Below are positions 25,001-37,755 of a stretch of DNA of 64,000 nt, piece after piece. Source of the DNA: Octopus sinensis (Eukaryota). Below the pieces are notes generated by a model, which saw only the letters and a list, made by a program, of their open reading frames with translations, was not told where the DNA came from and made no database searches. The translations under genes and the position numbers were made by a program. The stretch's first letter is position 1; the number at the start of each line of letters is the position of its first letter. Location: NCBI RefSeq assembly GCF_006345805.1, contig NW_021832126.1:1-64000 (forward strand), in the 5' to 3' direction.

Positions 25001-26171
25001 CAACTTGGGCAAGAATTGGCAGATTCCCGAGATGAGAAGAACCGTGCATTAGCCCAGTTAGAGCGATATCCAAAGGCAAATGATTTAATGGCCATGGGGT
25101 CGCTCTGCAAGGGAGAACGACATTTGGCTACAATCGAGCGACAAGGGGAGGCTTTGGCGGAGTTAAGGAACCGACTGAGGGAGTTTGAAACCCTTCGGAT
25201 GCTCCGTACTTTTGAACGAGCTAAACGACGTAGCCTCGCCCGATTCGGGTCTTAGACAAGAAAATGTTTTTCTCAAGAGAAAAGTGGCAGAACTTCAAAC
25301 ACGGGAGGCACTGACTAGCAATGAGATGATAAGGAATGCAATTTCTGTTAAGAAGGAGGAATTTATTCCCATTGAGAGGTCTCATCCAAAAGAGGATTCG
25401 ACAATAAACGACAGATTTGAGCATTCTGAGTCTTTGGTATTGGTCTTGGATTATTTGAGATTTTAAATTTTGTCGAGGAGTTGTTGGGTTTGGTGGGTCC
25501 TTCGACGAGTTTGAGTCTCCATTCTATAGTCCACATGCCTCCTGGACAAGCCGAGACACTCTTGAGTGAGAGGAGACAAATTTTCGACATTATTGTGAGC
25601 AAGGTCACTATAATCCGAGACCGTCTTGAAACAAAGTGTGATATGCTTTTAAAATACGAACAAGACTTGTCTAAATCAAAGTGCTTTTTTGTTTAATGTT
25701 AATTAGATTGGTTGAAAAGTTCAATTCTCGTTTGAAGGAGGAGATTTCGGCTCACTTGGTCATGTTGAATGGTTTATTTACAGGAAACCATTCGTTGCAA
25801 GACCGAGGAGATTGAATATATGAAGGAGAGTCTCGACAAATTCCGAGAACTGCTAAATGATGAAAGACGTCTCAACAGGGCAATAAAGGAGAAAAAGGTT
25901 GGGTTGCTTGCTCAAGAAACAGACGTTTCACATGGAGTATGAAAGGCCATCCCGGGACCATAGAGTGCACAAATGTCCCCCTGATGATCTAGTTGCCAGA
26001 GTGGGTTCTTGATTTGAGTTGTAGGCGGAGACTAAATGCAAATACTTGTCTGAGGAAATTAAGAAAAAGGATTTTATCATCGCCAGGCAGGAAGTAGAGT
26101 TAGCAAAAAAATCAAGACAGCTTAAAAATGAAAAATTAAGAATCTCAGACATTGTGGTTGAGGTTGATTGA
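22009..26171 (+). CDS. FHAD1: Forkhead-associated domain-containing protein 1 (N-terminal FHA + long coiled coil); apparent frameshift near 24,090
   Basis: MNCAYLRS...TTVGR...DDRHATIHY...FILQDLNTRTGTHVNG...LSPGDIINFG matches the FHAD1 FHA domain, followed by many coiled-coil exons with 22-31-nt introns. Confidence 0.82.
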
Positions 26172-26339
26172 TGGGCTGACATTCTGACAGAGCAGTGCTG
26201 TAAGTAGTGGCACTTTGAACAGTGAAGAAGATTGTGGTGTGGAGGACAGAACGAATCTAGAATATTCATAATTTCATTTCAGAATTCTTTAAACTGTCCA
26301 GTCTACTTACAATTTAATTATTTTCTAATTAATCGTCCA

Positions 26340-26640
26340 TATGAGTGTTTGTATCTTTTATCAATGTATTCAAAAGTTTATTGCTGCTAAGTCTCAATCT
26401 AGAATATTTATGGTGACTGAGCATCCAAGATTATTGTTTAAAATCATTTCAGTCATCAGTTTTTTTAAAGAGAAAAATAATAACAAATATATTTATGAAA
26501 ATTGTGTATTTTTCTGTTCTCATTTCCTACTCTTTCTTTTTGAGTTCAGATTTAATATCTGAAGTATTTTTTACTTGGGAAAGAAAAATCGTAGATCTCT
26601 TTCAGCATTTTTACAAATAAGCTTACTCGTCATCCAAAGG
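26340..26640 (-). mobile_element. Short decayed fragment of the R4/Dong-like RLE retrotransposon family
   Basis: Shares ctactctttctttttgagttcagattta and tagatctctt with 28,227-28,285; residual coding text ERDL...ILQILNL. Confidence 0.55.
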
Positions 26641-27199
26641 AACTTCGATGGCAAGAAAAGGAAGTTGGGGTCATGTTAACGGGTTTTTTTTATCACATTT
26701 TAGATTCTACATCTTCTATTTTCTAAATCTAGACAAACCTCACACAGCCCAGTCTTTTTAACTAAAAAATACAGAGTAGTGATATATTAGGACAAATAGG
26801 AAAATTGATAACTACCAGCATATCTACTATATTCCAAGAGCGTTTGAAGGGTGGGAAGACATAGTAGAAGGCTCCGCCTGCACTTCTTATCACATTTTTG
26901 GTCTAAGGGTTGTTAATTGGGTGAATTTGGCGTACGAATATGTTCAAGTAACTTGACTTGTGCACTTTGGTTAAATTTGTGGACGATCAGGACATTGTTG
27001 ACGATTATTTCCTTTGAATACAGAGGATGTGATGATGTTTTGTTTCTTAGAGCTAGAGTCCTTCAAATGTGTTGAGTTGTTTTATGTAGAATGATATTTT
27101 AAAGTCAATTTTTCTCAATTTTTCCAACTTACGTACTACTATTAAAGTATCATAACAGGAAAAAATAAATTTAGCTAAATGACGTTTCCTTCTACTGTA

Positions 27200-28700
27200 T
27201 TTTGATTTATACTCGATTACCTCTTGATTGTTGTCCATTACAACTCACTTCTTTGCACTTGATTTACCAGGGTAAATGTAGCTGGTGTTCATGGGAAGGT
27301 TTCAATATTTTCTGAGTTTCGATAAATTTCATTAATTACATTGGAGATCTTCTATGTGAGATAAGAATACTCGCAAAGGTTTTCTTTAGTGACAATGATT
27401 GAATGAAATCATTAGTTATTTTTACTTATGTTTAATGATTTGACATATTTCGGAAACTGAGATCCCATGTATGAACAATCAAACAATCTTCATACTCCTG
27501 TGGTATTTTATCCCCAATTTTCTTGTCAAGAGATCGTATTTTCTTAGCTTTTCTACCTCACTTTTTATAAGTTTTTTGTTGACGTTATCTCCACTTCAAC
27601 TACGAATATACCGCCATGTTTCTTATCAATCACTAACAAATCCGGCTTTTTATTTGCAATAATTATACCTGTCTAGATTAAAGTGTCTGTTCTTAACTCT
27701 ATAGATTCTTTCATTACTTTCGATTGGATTGAGTCGATTTTTATTTTTTTTTATTTCTTCAGCCAAATTCTCTGAAAAGTAGGAATGCAAACATCTTACG
27801 ATCAGATCTTGTCACTAAGGTATTCAGCATTTTGAATTTTTACACCTGTTGGCTCGATGGCCCGCCGTTTTCTTGTATTTTTTGAAGAATCCATAAAGTT
27901 TGACACTCTTTAAAGTTTGTCAAACCAACAAGTTTCTGTCCTGAAGGGAGAAATAAAGTTCTGATCGTGGGGAGTTATTTCTGTACTTTAGCCAATGAGA
28001 CGGGTTTGATACTTCAACATAGCATTCCACTAGGTAAAAAACAAAGTTTAGATTTTTCTCATTGATTTTGTTCAGCGAACTCTGATATTAATACTTAGAC
28101 AGTGTCCTGATGTCCAGTTCGGTAGTGGAGGAAACAGAGTAGTTATGACGGATATATTTTTCAATTGTGGCTAATTTAGTTCTCCCTTTTAATCGAGACT
28201 ACAAAATTGCGACACTCCTACCGGAAGCACTACTCTTTCTTTTTGAGTTCAGATTTATATCTAAAGCATTTTATAGATCTCTTCCAGAATTTTCAAAAGA
28301 TATATCCGTCGTTTATTCGCAGTTTTGAGATGTATACGATGTTTAATTAGCTTGGAGCAAATAAAAATGTCAGATGATTTATAGTCCGATGGTTCAGTCT
28401 CAAATAAGTCAATATGGTAAATGTATAAAATTGTCATTGCCTTGAATATTTGTCACCGGTTTTTGCTGGGACCCGGCATCTCCTTGGACCGCCATAAAAA
28501 TCGACTAAATCGCTTTATTTATAACCATATAAAACACGTCCGATATTTTATAAAGTACTAGAATTTGTAAGTTACAGGAATCTTCAAAAAATGCTTTCAA
28601 GTATGACTCAGTCTTGTATGAAAAGGATACGCAGGATTCATTAACGCTTCCTAATATTCCTCGTTGATGTATTTAATTATTAAATGTGACTCAGAAATTA
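27200..28700 (-). mobile_element. Decayed R4/Dong-like RLE non-LTR retrotransposon (end of RT, CCHC, endonuclease)
   Basis: Across frameshifts: IFKAM..IYHIDLFETEP, HRIHLKTANKRRIYL, SHWLKY..SPRSE..LQDRN, KTAGHRANRC..VRCLH, KPDLLVIDKK...VEVEITS, EVEKLRKYDLL, FIQSLSLKKT. Confidence 0.8.
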
Positions 28701-28949
28701 TTGTAGTTGTGATCTTTTAATGTTGTAAATTCTCACTCGGAATGTGGAATCTTATAAAAAACGAAAAATAGATAAGAAAATGAGGTTATTGATTAGGTCT
28801 GTTTTTTATAATAATCAATTTTGTTATTTATATACAATCAATATAATCCATTAGTTGTCTTCAGTTGAGTTAACTATTTAATCCGTAAAATATAATTTTT
28901 GTTTTTTGAAAGTATAGATTATTGATTTGTAGTGATTATTCACTCCCCA

Positions 28950-30170
28950 AAACGGGAAAATGTGGCGAGACATGTTCGATTTTTATTGTACATGAAAGCG
29001 TCGTTTTAATTGTTATAATACCGTTGCCTGGAAATTACGGCCATTTCCAATATTATAAGCAAGCGGCATCGATAATTAAGCTTATAATGTGGATTCATCA
29101 TGCCAAAAGCTCAGTACAGAGCGACCTTGAGAAACAGGCCTATCAGATCCCTAAACAGGATTTAGTCCGAGTCCACGTGTTTATTTACTTTAGAATAGAT
29201 TACGTCTCTCGACTCGAGCCGTATTGATAGAGGAGCTTCAGAAATCCTGTCCGAAGCACATCGGGAAGACTTTAAGCATAACAGAGGGAGAATTAAATTT
29301 AATATGGAAAAAAATCTTCCATGCCATCGGGTTGAACTTTATCATCCAAAGAGTAGTGTGGGGTTCTATTCAAAAATGGAGAAGAGGTGGTCTCGACTCA
29401 AAGAGACCTAAACTTTCATTTGGACTGTTTCCGTTGCCAGACGTGTCAGGACAAGTTTGTGGAGGGGATATATATACTCGGGGATAACGATTTTCTTAGT
29501 TGTCCTCGTCATTTCATGGAACTTTACCACCCGCGCTGCAGTGGCTGCGATGAGGTAAGGGATATGTACCAATCTGTACTAGTTGATCTTGGACGAGGAG
29601 TGTGTCGAGGCTGAAGGCAAGATATGGCATTTAGACCACTTCCGATGTCATATGTGCAGGATAGTGTTGGGTCAGTTGCATTATGTGATGTGGAAGGACC
29701 GTCCTTACTGTGTCCATTGTCTTGAGAGACTTTTTCCTGTTCCTCTAAAAAGGTATTTGTATTTTTTATTTGTTAGGAATAAAACGTGTTCGGTTTGTGG
29801 GATTATTGTGATAGAAGGAAACTTAAAAAACGTTGATAATAAAGTTTGCTGCCAGAATTGCATAAATGATGTGCCAAGTCAGAGTTATAAGCCTATTTAC
29901 GAAAACATAAGCCAAGTAGTCGGAAATGATTTTTCAAAACACAACAAGAAATTGCTTCTAAAACAATCCCAAGACTCTTCCCAGTTCAAGAATCGAGAGA
30001 ATGGAACACAAAAGTTGAAGGAACTATCTCCCAGACAGTTGTCTGATTTAGGTGCTTGTGAGTCGTCTAGTGATGTGTCTTTGAATTTTGATGTTTGGAT
30101 GAAGGAGGACAAAACAAAAAAATTTCAGATTCGAAAAAAGAATAAATTTAGTAACTGTAGAGTTTCTTGA
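28950..30170 (+). CDS. Prickle/testin-family PET-LIM protein (start codon not resolved)
   Basis: PET-like KQAYQIPKQD; LIM1 PCHR|CG...FHLDCFRCQTC...CPRH; LIM2 PRCSGCDE|LILDEECVEAEGKIWHLDHFRCHMC...YCVHC; degenerate third LIM. Confidence 0.8.
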
Positions 30171-30529
30171 TAAAATTTTCTTAATTTTTATTTATTTTTT
30201 AAAGTCCGCATTACTGGAGTCCCATTAGCACGGCATTAATAGTCATGGAGTAAAATTAATACAATTTTTTATTGTTTCAGTATAATTTATTACAGTTCTG
30301 GATTGATGATAATTCATATTAAGACTATTTTTAATTTCCAGAATTATGCAACTTCACTTACACAATCTTACCGTTTCCAACAGTTTGTCTGTGAATTTTG
30401 TAAAGAATAAAACACATTGCAAAATACTAGAAATTATATTTTGCCCGTTCATAAAGGATTTATACCTTTAAAGGTTATTTCTTAACATAAACTGTCCACG
30501 ATGACAATAGTAATCTTCCCATACGGATT

Positions 30530-30776
30530 CACCGGTATTTTGTTTTCTTTCAATCTTCGACCCGACCTGAGCCCAGGATGCTGTAAGTCTTGGGTAGCAT
30601 TGTCGTCAAAAAACAGTCGACCCAGGTGGCATTCCAAGCGAAAGACTTTCCTTCCCTGAAAGAAAAGGTTTTCATCCCGTCAAGACGCTTGCCGGCCCTC
30701 CAGGAAGCCTGACTGGCTCTAGAGTGGAATGGAAACTAGCCGACTTTAGAGCCCTTCTGACAACGTCATTGAGTGT
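30530..30776 (-). mobile_element. CRE-like RLE endonuclease fragment (diverged relative of 18.35-19.48 kb)
   Basis: LNDVVRRALKSASFHSTLEP, frameshift, GKRLDGMKTFSFREGKSFAWNATWVD...KKTKY. Confidence 0.78.
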
Positions 30777-30952
30777 TTAGAAAAATTCTACCGCCACTCT
30801 TCTTACACGACAAGCTGTGTAAGCTGTTCGACGAAATTGTGGACTGGCAGGAGTCAGATTTGGTTTATAACCAGAATGCTCTGCAGTGTGATATGACCTT
30901 TGCTAGGATTTTGGTTTTTATGCTTTCTGTACCTTTCGCTATGAAGTATCTT

Positions 30953-31378
30953 AAAATTAATGTCCAAAACCTGATCAAAATCATAATCAAAAGAACCGCT
31001 CAGTTAATTAATTGACCATTAAATATCACTTGGCTCAATGAGAACATTGCTTTCTGATTCTCTTTCGGTTAAAATTTTTTTTTCATTTTTGAAATGTCGG
31101 TTTAATATTTTCCAAAAAAATTTCAATAATATTAAGTTTGATATATCCAGAAAGGAATGTGATGGTAATATGAAAATATCGTTCCTGCCATAGGTAGCTG
31201 AGAGTGCACGAAGCCCAGACATGGTCGGTCTAATCCTTTTCAATGCTTTAATCCTCGTCACAATACCCCACTCTTCATCTCCAGGACAACAAAAGCAGAT
31301 AAAGGAGATATTTAATGGTCAATTTAACTGAGCAGTTCCTTTGATTATGTTTTTGATCAGGTTTTGGACATTAATTTT
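30953..31378. repeat. Inverted repeat: arms 30,953-31,026 and 31,308-31,378 around a 281-bp spacer
   Basis: aaaattaatgtccaaaacctgatcaaaa...gaccattaaatat recurs as its reverse complement with 3 substitutions and a 4-nt indel. Confidence 0.9.
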
Positions 31379-32481
31379 GAATTTACATTCTAAATCTCGG
31401 AAGTCGATGGAATCTTCCCGTCTTTATTAATGATATCAAAAGGATTGTGTCCCCCAGAAGTGAGCCTTTGGAATCATGAGTCTCACAGAGACTTTATCTT
31501 TTTGAAGTTTAGCTTAAATATCTCATAATAAACCCTTATGTGAGAAAAATTTGTAATTTATTGGCTAATTACTAGATTGGAGTTATCCAGGTCAAACTCA
31601 ATAGTCTTCAAAATTTTCTCACCGATTAGAAGATTAGACGCGGAAATTACAAAATTTATTCACGATAAAAATTATCCGCGTGGACATCTTAATTGAAATT
31701 CCTTTCATTAGCATTGTATTAAAATACAATTATTTTACGACATTCGGTAGTATATTGATAGGTCTGGTTTGTAAAAAATCTGCAGAATTCGTTTTACTAC
31801 AGGCATGCTTTTTGCAATGGCAGCTTTAAAGAGAGTTTCTTTTTTGTTGAGTCCTATCATTGAGTTCAATTTTAATATTTATTCTTCAACGATAGGATCG
31901 TATATAAATATGTCCATTTGAGTAAATTTTTTGATAACTGTGGAATCAACAAATTTGCAATCGAGACTGAAAATAAAATAATTCATATATTTTTATTAAA
32001 AAAACAACCAGAATTATTTGTGGAAAACTATTATTTTGGTTAAAAATCGCCTATAAGATTATAAAATACAAGATTTTCCCATTGTCTCGAAAGAAAGGAG
32101 GGTGAGCAGATCAAAGAAAGTCCATGCCATATTTTTTTGTTTTAAATAAGTTAATATCAGGGATATTTATTTTAAAACTGTTTTGACAATGAATGACATC
32201 AATTCCATCCGATACCAAAAACCACTAATTGACAGATGATAAAAAGAACAATTTTCCGCTACATTTTTGAAGCAATTTCCATGGAAATCTTAACTCACAT
32301 GCACTTTAATTCTACCGGAAAAAGGAAAAAGAAATGCGATAAAAATATTAACCGAATGAAACTTACACGTCAATAACGAACTTTAGCACTAATGGATTTC
32401 TGACAGTTGCTAGGAATATTATTTCAGTAGAAATGTCTCAATAACACATATCTAACAAGGATGTGAGAATTATATTAGTCA

Positions 32482-33040
32482 TTACAAGTGTTCGTCCTTG
32501 AATATGTTTGTGACAAATTCTACAAAAATGAACACAAGCGCACCCTCGTAGTCGACATAGCCGTTTCCGTCTGAGTCGGCTTCTTTTATCATTTCGTCGA
32601 CTTCTTCGTCGGTAAGCTTCTCTCCAAGGTTAGTGAGGACATTGCGGAGTTCTCCAGTGCTGATCCTTCCGTCTCCGTTTCTGTCAAAAACGCGGAAAGC
32701 TTCACGGACTTGTTCTTCAAAATCCGCGTTCGACATTTTTTTAGACATGACATCCAAAAACTCGGGAAAGTCAATTGTCCCGTTTCCTAACTAATCAAAA
32801 AAGTGAAAGACCGTCAATATCGCAGTCTTTGATGACATTCGCAATTTCATTTTCTGTCGGGTTTTGTCCCAACGATCTCATCACGGTCCCCAGTTCGCAA
32901 GTTGTGATTTTGCCGTCTCCGTCTTTGTCAAAAAGAGAAAAAGCTTCCTTCAATTCTTTAAAATATCGACTGTCCTACTTACCTAAGATCTGTTCTTCGC
33001 TCAAATTGTTTGCCTAAAATATGTGAAGAGAACAAACCAT
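32482..33040 (-). CDS. CALM: Calmodulin / calmodulin-like, complete, 5 exons
   Basis: Four EF-hands ([48 protein letters not shown]) plus [10 protein letters not shown]; introns of 24, 27, 25 and 24 nt at conserved positions. Confidence 0.94.
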
Positions 33041-33305
33041 TTTGAGTCGTTTTTAGTGACAAATTATCCGGAAAAATATTTATTCAGATAAGAACATTGA
33101 TAGAATAAAAAATAATAAAGATTAATTTGATATTTAAAATAGATTAATCTTGGAGTTTTGCGGTATTTTTAATGACGTGTAAATTTAAGTTTACTGTAAT
33201 CGGTTCATTGTTAAAAAAACGGAAATGTCTATGTTTTAATTTAATTTAATTTATAAATAAAATAAATATTCAAAAGACTAATAGGTTATTAATTAATTAA
33301 TCACG

Positions 33306-35631
33306 ATGAATAAGATCACGATAGCAAGAAATGTCCTCACAATGGAGGATATTCGTGAGTACACCACCATCCCACCTGAAGAGAAAAGATATTTCGAAAG
33401 AACAAAAAATGCAATTAAAAATTCCTTTAATTGCTCCCAGCAAAGATTTCTGAATTTATTATTGACAATCTTTCCTGTCATAAACGTAGTTAAAAACTAC
33501 AAAAAATCAGATTTCCTGACGGACATGTTCGGGGGAATAACAATGGCCTCCATCATCATTCCTCTAAGTTGCCACAACGTCGTGAATTTAAGGTCTCACC
33601 CACAGCCAACTGTCTATGGTGGATCTCCAATATGGAATCTACACCTCCATCTACCCCCCAATAATTTACTTTTTCGTTGGGAGGTCTCATGCAGCTGCCT
33701 TCGGTGGACCCCGTGATTTAATCCTTCAGGCAGTTTTGCAATTGTGAGTATAATGACGGGGGCAGCTCGACAAAAATTGATTGACAATTTAAATATGACA
33801 TTCTGCACTTCCAACGTGACGTTTGACTACTCCAAAATTGGAGAAACAGGGATCTGCTTTAATGAGGCTCATTTCAACAATGTGTTCGTATCCTCTCTCA
33901 CTCTTCTCGTTGGACTGATCCAAGTTTCCTTTATTCACGATCGGTAGGTCCTCCTCGCTGTGGTTCGGTTTGGGAATCTGGCAGTCCTGCTGGCCCCTTC
34001 TCTGGTGACGGGGTACAGCACGGGGGGAGCTTTCCATATTCTGTTTGCTCAACTGGGGAACATCATTGTCCTCCCATACAAAATGGAAAAGGGATGCTAT
34101 CCTACCATTTTATGCGTATTTGGCTTAATTAACAATAGAAAATTAAATATTTCTGCGGTGGACTGGCCCATGTATTGCCAAGTCCGATCGTGACCTCTGC
34201 ACTGTGCATGACATTTCTTGTGTTGATGAGGGAATTTGTGATTCACAACAAGAGGGTTCGGAAGGTCATTCCCTTCAGAATCCCCTCCGAATTATTAGCG
34301 GTATTCTGAGTTTATCATTTAGATTTTGGTGGCAATCCTCGTTGTGAGGTACACTGATGTAGCCCAAAGGTACAGTCTTCCCACTGTGGGGACCATTCCT
34401 GAGGGGTATGTCTTTGATATTTGTTTTAAGATATCCGCCCCCCAGCCTTCCCAACATTATTTTTTGGAAGTCCATTGTGGCCGACGCTATTCCAATCGCG
34501 ATTGTGTGTTGGTCTGTGACTACTTCGATTGTGCTTCTATTCGCGGAAAAGGAACGGTACTCCGTGGACGTGAACACCGTGATTTACTCATTTATGACTT
34601 TTGCAGGAACTATATAAGTATGGCCTCATCAATTTGTGTGGCGGTTTCTTCCACGGACTGGTCGCCACGGCAGCTTTGAATCGGTCGTTTATTTTCGAAT
34701 CTGTCACTCGAACACAGGTTTTCCTACAGTGACAGTCCCAGTTGGCTGGACTGATTGACTCCTTGATAATACTACTGGCAGTCTACTTTATCGGGTTTAT
34801 ATTTGAATACCTCCCCACTGTACTCTCTCAGTTACACTTTCAGTGCATTTTGTCCTCGATTTGTATAGTCGCCCTTCACGGACTGTTCATCAAGTTCAGG
34901 GATTTGGGCACATTGTGGAAGTACGACAAGGCCAATTTTGTAACAAGTCCTCATCCGGATTTGCCAGATCTTGTTTCTCGGGACCTTCCTCTGCGTCATT
35001 TTGACAGATCTCACAATCGGGCTGGTTGGCGGAGTCGTAATATCAATGTTACTCGTCATTTACAGAAATTACAAGTATTTCCCTTATCATAAATTAGCAC
35101 TCATGTCCAACCAATAAGTTCTGTTCAGGGCACCGAAATATTTTATGTTTGTAACAATTCAAACTCAGTTATGTGCCATTCTTATTTTCAGTCGGACTCG
35201 GCTCAAACAGTGCTTCAACTGCCCAACTCAATTTCCTATCTCAACATATCTCGTTGCATAACTCAGTTGGATCAACACATTGTTCAAATGTGCTTAAATA
35301 ATGAAGTTTTATTTTTCGTCATTTTCCAAGAAAAGTGTTCCGCTTGTTCTCGATTTTTCGCTGGTGACTTACATGGACTATTACTCGCTGAACAAACTAA
35401 AAAAGGTATTTTTGAAGTAATATCAGTTCTTTACGGACAAAGTGAACCAAGGCAAGAACATCGTCGTTGCCAGGATTGACGGTAATTGAAATATTTGTCA
35501 TGTCGGTAGACAAAACCTATCAATTTATGGACAGTGTCGGGCTTATCAATATTATAGGAAGGACTAAATTCGTCCCAACGTTGTACGACAGTCTGAACGG
35601 CACTAACAATTGTCACTCAAATGTTTGTTGA
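33306..35631 (+). CDS. SLC26: SLC26 family anion transporter, copy 2
   Basis: Same as 495-2,820 at offset 32,811. Confidence 0.92.
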
Positions 35632-35672
35632 TTGCCTCTTAACTGACTCAAATAAAACATTTTTTGAAAATA

Positions 35673-36707
35673 TTAGAAATGGCAGGGCATATTCACCGTG
35701 AGAATCTACAAACAATTATTGGAGAGATAAACCTGTTTAAACTGGTCAAACTGTGCCCCCACAGAGTTGGACACAATTTTATGAGGAAGAAGGAGGCTGA
35801 GAGAGTATAAACAGGATCGGGTAGTCAAGAAAAGAGAATTGTCTCCAATTTTAAGACTGAGGGAGTCGGACGACTTCTAATGTAAGGACAACCAGGATAA
35901 CTATTCCTGGCAAATATATCTGGCCTATCAAATGAGTCGGTCGGTTTGGGGGGTCTCGGAATATAATAAAATCGGGGGATGTCGGAACAGGACTCCTTTT
36001 CGGATCAGAAATGGGGGATTCCGACTGGATTGGCGAGTTTTCCTCAACAACGAGGGGAGTAGCAGAAGCCCGCACTGTTTGTGGTAACAGTGTCCCAAAA
36101 GATTTTTTGTTTCGAAGAATAAGCCATTCTGAATAAAACAGAACTGATTACCACGGGAAACTTGGACGGAATATTTCGATTCAATTCCGTTGAACACAAC
36201 CCCAATAAAAAAAGCCCTAAAGACCTCACTATCCTGAACTTTTCGGAAGAACGAAGGATTGATGATCACATCACAGACAGTACAACCCAAACCGCCTGAA
36301 ATGTATGAAACGTCCACCTTTATCAATTTCAGGACGTAACTCTCCAATACTCATGGGAATGCGGAAGTGCATCATTGCATCCTCGAGTTGGAGGATCTCG
36401 ACCAGCTGTTGTTCACTGACTTCCTTCGGACTGGGCACCTCGGTTATGTGGCCATTGATGGATTACCAATTCAGAGTGGCACACATTTAAAAACAATTTT
36501 ATATTTTTATCCAAGTTCTTGGTTTTGATGCAGAAACCTTCGAGGTGAAATGTCAGGAATACCAGGATATGGCCTTATTGTGTTGTACAGTGGGTCGTTT
36601 GAGGATTTGGGAGTATTCTAATAAGATATATGTGTGGTTATCACTTTATCGGACAGTAAGAAGGGCAAATCATAAGCACCCACGTCGAGAAGCGACTTAT
36701 CCGACAT
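35673..36707 (-). CDS. PIH1D1: PIH1D1, copy 2
   Basis: Same as 2,862-3,896; one intronic difference seen. Confidence 0.88.
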
Positions 36708-36820
36708 CTTAGACACAATTAATATATTTATTATTTTTTGTCTGCATTTTAAAAACAAAATAATTTTATTTATTAAACTAATTAGTTAAAATATAGTAAT
36801 AATATTTTAAAACCAGCCAT

Positions 36821-37624
36821 CTAATCCTCCTTTGCGGGACATATTTCCTCTAATGAGTAGAGAGGTCGGAAACAGGCAATAAACCCACAGTTTTCGTTAA
36901 TCCTGGGAAATATCCAAAGCCTCTTCCTCCCAAACGTGCCCAAATAAACCACCAAAAACAGGAGACCACGAACTAACACAATAATCAACTCCCACATACC
37001 AATCAGGAGACCAACAGCCACCATAAAGAAACCAGAACTGATTGGACTTAGAAAAGAAAGGAGAAAATTCATTTGGGTAGGAAAAAGGGGGGAAAATGAC
37101 AAAGACATGACGAGGAGTACTAATTGTGAGTTGGTGGCAATTTACATAGAATGACGCCCACCAACACACTGGACACTCTCACTGGATCGTACACCCACAC
37201 ATATATCTAAAAGGGTCAGTCACTCACAATACAGCCAAGTCGGAATCCACGAATTTGTGAGGTTCTTCCAATAAAGACAATTTTAGAGGCTCAGTTCTGT
37301 TGAATGACAGGTTTGTACTTTTGTGATGTCTTTTCTTGAACACCAACAAAGCAGCCACTTTTCAACAACTTTTGGCAAAATTTGACGCATTTCTGGCGTG
37401 TTTGGAACTGGGAAAAACATTTTTCTTGGTTTTTTGCGATTAGTAAATCGACCGCGTTCTTCCCTATTGGATGACTTGAGATTATTCACCAGTAAAATAT
37501 TCTACACTTTGTCGACCGATACTCCCCGATTTGTTTTGACATGAAAACCTCAAATATTTGGCAATTTTCTTGTCATAATTCGTCTGAGGCGTACACTTTA
37601 TGTAAACAAAATAAGCACCACCAT
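36821..37624 (-). CDS. SEC62: SEC62, copy 2
   Basis: Same as 4,010-4,813. Confidence 0.88.
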
Positions 37625-37755
37625 ACAAATAGGAACGTTGAATTTATTAAAAATGAATTTGATTAAAATTATATTAAAACTTATTAAAAACAAAATTATT
37701 ATGAAATTCCAGTATTAAAATGTGATACTGACAGTAAAGTATATTGAAATGTGAA

